Shown one piece after another: positions 60,705 through 64,000 of a DNA stretch of 64,000 nucleotides (the first letter of the stretch is position 1; every line of letters starts with the position of its first letter). Under the pieces are notes generated by a model that made no database searches, had not been told where the DNA came from, and saw only the letters and a program-made list of their open reading frames with translations. Origin of the DNA: Candidatus Woesebacteria bacterium (GTDB lineage: Bacteria; Patescibacteriota; Microgenomatia; UBA8517); the NCBI GenBank assembly GCA_963716475.1, contig OY970314.1, positions 500,790 through 564,789 of the forward strand, in the 5' to 3' direction. The position numbers and the translations under genes were made by a program.

Positions 60705-62327
60705 TTACTTGCACACTATTTTTGTGGAATAACCAAAAAGAATGGGTTTCCCCAAGTAATCGGGAACCGTAAACTCTTCATGGAGTTTGTGTGTAATAAT
60801 CTGTAGCGAAGAAACGGATAGCTCGTCCCCGACTATAATCAGGTTTGGTCCACACACTTTAGTCCAATCCAGCGGCTTGAAGATGATATTACCGATCCTG
60901 TAAATTTCTTGAGCATTTACATCCCGACTATAGTAATTTGTTGTCAACTGAGCTTTCAGATTAGCCTGAACCAGCCTTGGATCAACTGATTTAAGATAGG
61001 TCATTCTGATACCCACCCCCCAGGCACGGGCATTGAAATCAACAACGATTTGCCTGTCTTTGTATTTATCCAAAACAGGCATCAATTCTACATAGGGCTC
61101 TCCGGAAGCTATCACTAGTTCATATTTAAGAATGACAAAGTACGATATCCCAAAAAGAATTAATGAGTAGCCGACTATTCCCAAGACGGCCAATAGCTTC
61201 AGCCATTTATTTTTTATCGCCCCCAGTACCACCCAGCACCCCAGCGAAACAATAAAAGCGACAACCCAAAGATAATCAAGAGTCCTTAGCGGATAAAAAA
61301 GATCCCCGGTTAGCGCGGCAGGGATGGGCGCGATTAAAAGTAAAGCTAGTATAATTTTTAAAAAATTGTTTTGCCTATTTTTAAACAGATAACCAAGGCC
61401 TATCAGAAAGGGAATAGCCATCCAGGGATAATAAACTCCCATGTCGGGCGCAGTTCTTCCAAGACTGCTACCCGGATCAAAAAATAGGTTTTTTGGTGAA
61501 ATGTAGATTAGATAATGATTACTAAATTGTTTAGCGGCTTCCAGAATTTTTCCTCCAAAATTTATTTTCTCTTCAAAAATATTCCCAAAATATGTTACTT
61601 GGCTTAATCTTTTCGTTAAAGCTCCTGTTGTCAATAAATACAAGTGCGGCAAAAGGATTAATACAAAAATTCCTAAGCCCAGTGCTGTGGTTTTTTTTGT
61701 TTTCAGGAAAATTTTTCGATAGATTAAAACAACGAATGCCAAAAGTAGCACCGATGTTACCCTTTCAGAATAATAAGCATGAGTAGAAAGTCCCAAAACC
61801 AGACAGGCTAAAGGAAACAGTGAAATCTTTTTCAAGGAACTGGCCAGTAAATATACACCGGCCATAAAGATAAGGACTCCTACGTTGGCCTCAACCGCCA
61901 CCCTGCTAAAGAGAATGGCCCAGGGAGAGATTGCGACAATTCCGGAAGTAATTAAACCAAGTGTAACTCCGTCTTTTTTACTTCCGAGGAAGAGCCTGCT
62001 TACAAAAAAATAGGTTAATAAAACCAATCCCACACCGGATACCGCCGAAACTACTTTGACCGTAAAAATACTATCACCCAAAAAAACTGTCGGGATTATT
62101 GTCAGATAAGTATAAATTGGCGGTTGATACGAACCGTTTGCTCTAAAAAGTATGGGAAAACTTTTTCCATACATATCTTTACCTGTTTTCAGGATCGAGA
62201 AAGCGTTAAATCCCTGAGAAGCTTCGTCTGCGTGTAACCCGGGAGGAACTGTATCCAATTCATAAAATCTTAAAATAACAGCTATAAAAACAATTATTAT
62301 TAATATTATTTTTTGAAATTTATTCAT
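60705..62327 (-). CDS. GT-C fold glycosyltransferase (ArnT/PMT family, tandem paralogue)
   Basis: PPGLHADEASQGFNAFSILKTGKDMYG, YQPP, SPWAILFSR, ISPKNLFF. Confidence 0.87.
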   Translation of the reverse strand: MNKFQKIILIIIVFIAVILRFYELDTVPPGLHADEASQGFNAFSILKTGKDMYGKSFPILFRANGSYQPPIYTYLTIIPTVFLGDSIFTVKVVSAVSGVGLVLLTYFFVSRLFLGSKKDGVTLGLITSGIVAISPWAILFSRVAVEANVGVLIFMAGVYLLASSLKKISLFPLACLVLGLSTHAYYSERVTSVLLLAFVVLIYRKIFLKTKKTTALGLGIFVLILLPHLYLLTTGALTKRLSQVTYFGNIFEEKINFGGKILEAAKQFSNHYLIYISPKNLFFDPGSSLGRTAPDMGVYYPWMAIPFLIGLGYLFKNRQNNFLKIILALLLIAPIPAALTGDLFYPLRTLDYLWVVAFIVSLGCWVVLGAIKNKWLKLLAVLGIVGYSLILFGISYFVILKYELVIASGEPYVELMPVLDKYKDRQIVVDFNARAWGVGIRMTYLKSVDPRLVQANLKAQLTTNYYSRDVNAQEIYRIGNIIFKPLDWTKVCGPNLIIVGDELSVSSLQIITHKLHEEFTVPDYLGKPILFGYSTKIVCK

Positions 62328-62333
62328 CTTGTT

Positions 62334-62978
62334 TTAATTTTTGAAGAGTCTTCCTATATTTTTTACGCCCATTAATAATCCTAAATTGATTAATGGAATA
62401 AATAGCCAATAAGCCACATCGGGAGGAACCAGAATGGCCCCCACAGTCGCCAAACTAAGATAATATAAGGTTGGTTTTATTTTTTCAGAAAGCATAACCA
62501 AAAATCCCAAGGTAAAAAGGGGAAATAATATCAATGAATAAAATGAATAATTCTCAGATGAAAAATAATGAGATATTTCATACGGTTCCGTAATTTTTTG
62601 ATTTACCTTGTCAATAATCAGTTTCGTCTGTTCAATAAATTTATTTCCGAAGTTGTTTCTCCCGATGAAGCCCAGTTCTCTTCTGTAAAGTTCTTCCCTT
62701 TCCCACAATATGTTTTTCTCAAAGTTTGTAATCTTAAAAGTATCCTTATATATGCCGCTCCCGATAATAAATATACCGACAAAAATCGGTAAGGCTAATA
62801 ATATAATTATTCTTAGTAGATAATTGTGAGACTTTTCCGCGATTACAAAATATAGCAGGGTACTTTGGAAAAAAGTAAAAACTACCAGCCATATGGTTGG
62901 TGAAGATCCGGGTTTAAAAAAAACAACAATTAATGCCAAAAATAGTAACGACAGGGTTGTACTTCTTTTGAAAATCAT
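62334..62978 (-). CDS. Hypothetical membrane protein, paralogue of 48620-49348
   Basis: ~6 TM; FEKNILWERE..LGFIGRNNF and ILFPLFTLG resemble TETSILNQRH..LGKIFTNKY and IVLPLFVIG. Confidence 0.65.
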   Translation of the reverse strand: MIFKRSTTLSLLFLALIVVFFKPGSSPTIWLVVFTFFQSTLLYFVIAEKSHNYLLRIIILLALPIFVGIFIIGSGIYKDTFKITNFEKNILWEREELYRRELGFIGRNNFGNKFIEQTKLIIDKVNQKITEPYEISHYFSSENYSFYSLILFPLFTLGFLVMLSEKIKPTLYYLSLATVGAILVPPDVAYWLFIPLINLGLLMGVKNIGRLFKN

Positions 62979-63730
62979 TTTGCTACTTTAGGGTTAAATC
63001 TCCTGTCATTAATAATACCTGCTTTATAAAGTAAATACATTCCTGTCGTTCCGAATCCTTCCAGTATAAACTTAGCACCTTTAAGAAATCTTATCGAGGA
63101 AGCTTTATCGTGATATCTTGTGGGGATGGCAATCTCGCCAATCCTAAATCCGTAACTTATTGAAGAAGTAGTCATTTCCTGATCGAAAACGAAGTCGTTG
63201 GAAAACCTCTGAAAAGGGACTATTCTTAACAATTTACTCGAATATGCCCTGAAACCGGAAAAATATTCGCTGAAATTTTCACCCAAAAGAATGTTTTGCA
63301 TAAGACACACAAGACGGTTTACATAATATTTTATCTTTGGCATACCGCCCGCAAGCGCAGACCCCCTGTTCTTAATCCGACTACCAAACATAAAGTCAAA
63401 ATTACCAGCTAAAATCGGCACGATCAGATGATCAATCTTTGAAGCATCATACTGATAATCCGGATGTAACATTACAACAACGTCGGGATTCAATTTTAAC
63501 GCCTCCCAATAACATGTTTTTTGATTCCCCCCGTAACCTAAATTGTTTGGGTGTTCAAATACCGTAATCCCTAATTTCCTCGCAACCGCTATCGTATCAT
63601 CTGTGCTGTGGTCATCGACTAAAATTATATTCTTACGGTATTTTAAAGGAACCTCCGAGTAAGTATCTTTAACGGTTTTTGCAGCATTATACGCCGGCAT
63701 TACTATTACAATTTTTGGAGTTTTTTTCAT
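62975..63730 (-). CDS. GT2 polyprenyl-phosphate glycosyl synthase (DPM1/Ppm1-like)
   Basis: VMPAYNA, VDDHSTD, NLGYGGNQKTCY, HPDYQYD, GSR, SGFRAY, DFVFDQE. Confidence 0.88.
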   Translation of the reverse strand: MKKTPKIVIVMPAYNAAKTVKDTYSEVPLKYRKNIILVDDHSTDDTIAVARKLGITVFEHPNNLGYGGNQKTCYWEALKLNPDVVVMLHPDYQYDASKIDHLIVPILAGNFDFMFGSRIKNRGSALAGGMPKIKYYVNRLVCLMQNILLGENFSEYFSGFRAYSSKLLRIVPFQRFSNDFVFDQEMTTSSISYGFRIGEIAIPTRYHDKASSIRFLKGAKFILEGFGTTGMYLLYKAGIINDRRFNPKVAK

Positions 63731-63817
63731 TCGCCGTTGATTACGATATTACCATAAACTTTGGGGGGTTTCCCGTACTTGAAAATTAACGTCCCTAAAA
63801 TCCGAATTGGATACTTA

Positions 63818-64000
63818 TTATCTTTTTGTCAGAAGATAAAATACCGGTTCACCGGACGGGTAGCGAATAATTTTTATTACTTTTATATCTTTAGGAATTC
63901 TTTCGGGATATTTGCCCAGATCAAACACAACTTCTTCTGTTGTAGCTACATACAAGGTATTTACAGGAAGGACATTACTCAAACTGTAAAGGTCTGTAAA
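63818..64000 (-). CDS. 3' end of a further gene, probably another GT-C paralogue (truncated by the window edge)
   Basis: Manual translation FTDLYSLSNVLPVNTLYVATTEEVVFDLGKYPERIPKDIKVIKIIRYPSGEPVFYLLTKR*; IRYPSGEPVFYLL parallels VKYPNGSDAFFLV (56094) and VDFLNGNRAFDIV (59019). Confidence 0.65.
   Translation of the reverse strand, partial: FTDLYSLSNVLPVNTLYVATTEEVVFDLGKYPERIPKDIKVIKIIRYPSGEPVFYLLTKR

Overview
A gene-dense bacterial chromosome segment in standard code 11 (TGA used as stop). Gene content and sequence style suggest a Patescibacteria/CPR organism, probably Microgenomates; this is inference. Bases 1-4.8 kb hold housekeeping genes: a partial PD-(D/E)XK nuclease, two membrane proteins, a cupin, an RNase H-like exonuclease, a Zn/Mn ABC ATPase and permease, and recO. 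From 4.8 kb to the window end (>59 kb, still open) lies one very large cell-surface glycosylation locus. It holds a DUF4012 protein, a priming phosphoglycosyl transferase, ManC, Fcl, a perosamine-type aminotransferase, Wzx, a Wzy/WaaL-like protein, 9 GT4 and 9 GT2 enzymes (about 4 of the GT2s resemble polyprenyl-phosphate-sugar synthases) and 5 SAM methyltransferases. It also holds about 17 polytopic GT-C-like transferases (ArnT/PMT-, PIG-V-, YfhO-, DUF2079-, DUF6056- and LIC_10190-like), including a tandem paralogue array. Other features: an AT-rich sub-island at ~28.4-40.3 kb, two genes broken by +1 insertions, a tandem hairpin/mini-uORF element at 1550-1646, in-frame palindromic and 7-bp-periodic inserts inside genes, and repeated -10 boxes placed 5-9 nt before start codons. 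I saw no rRNA, tRNA, CRISPR array or intact transposase. All family calls come from motif recognition by eye; no database search was run.
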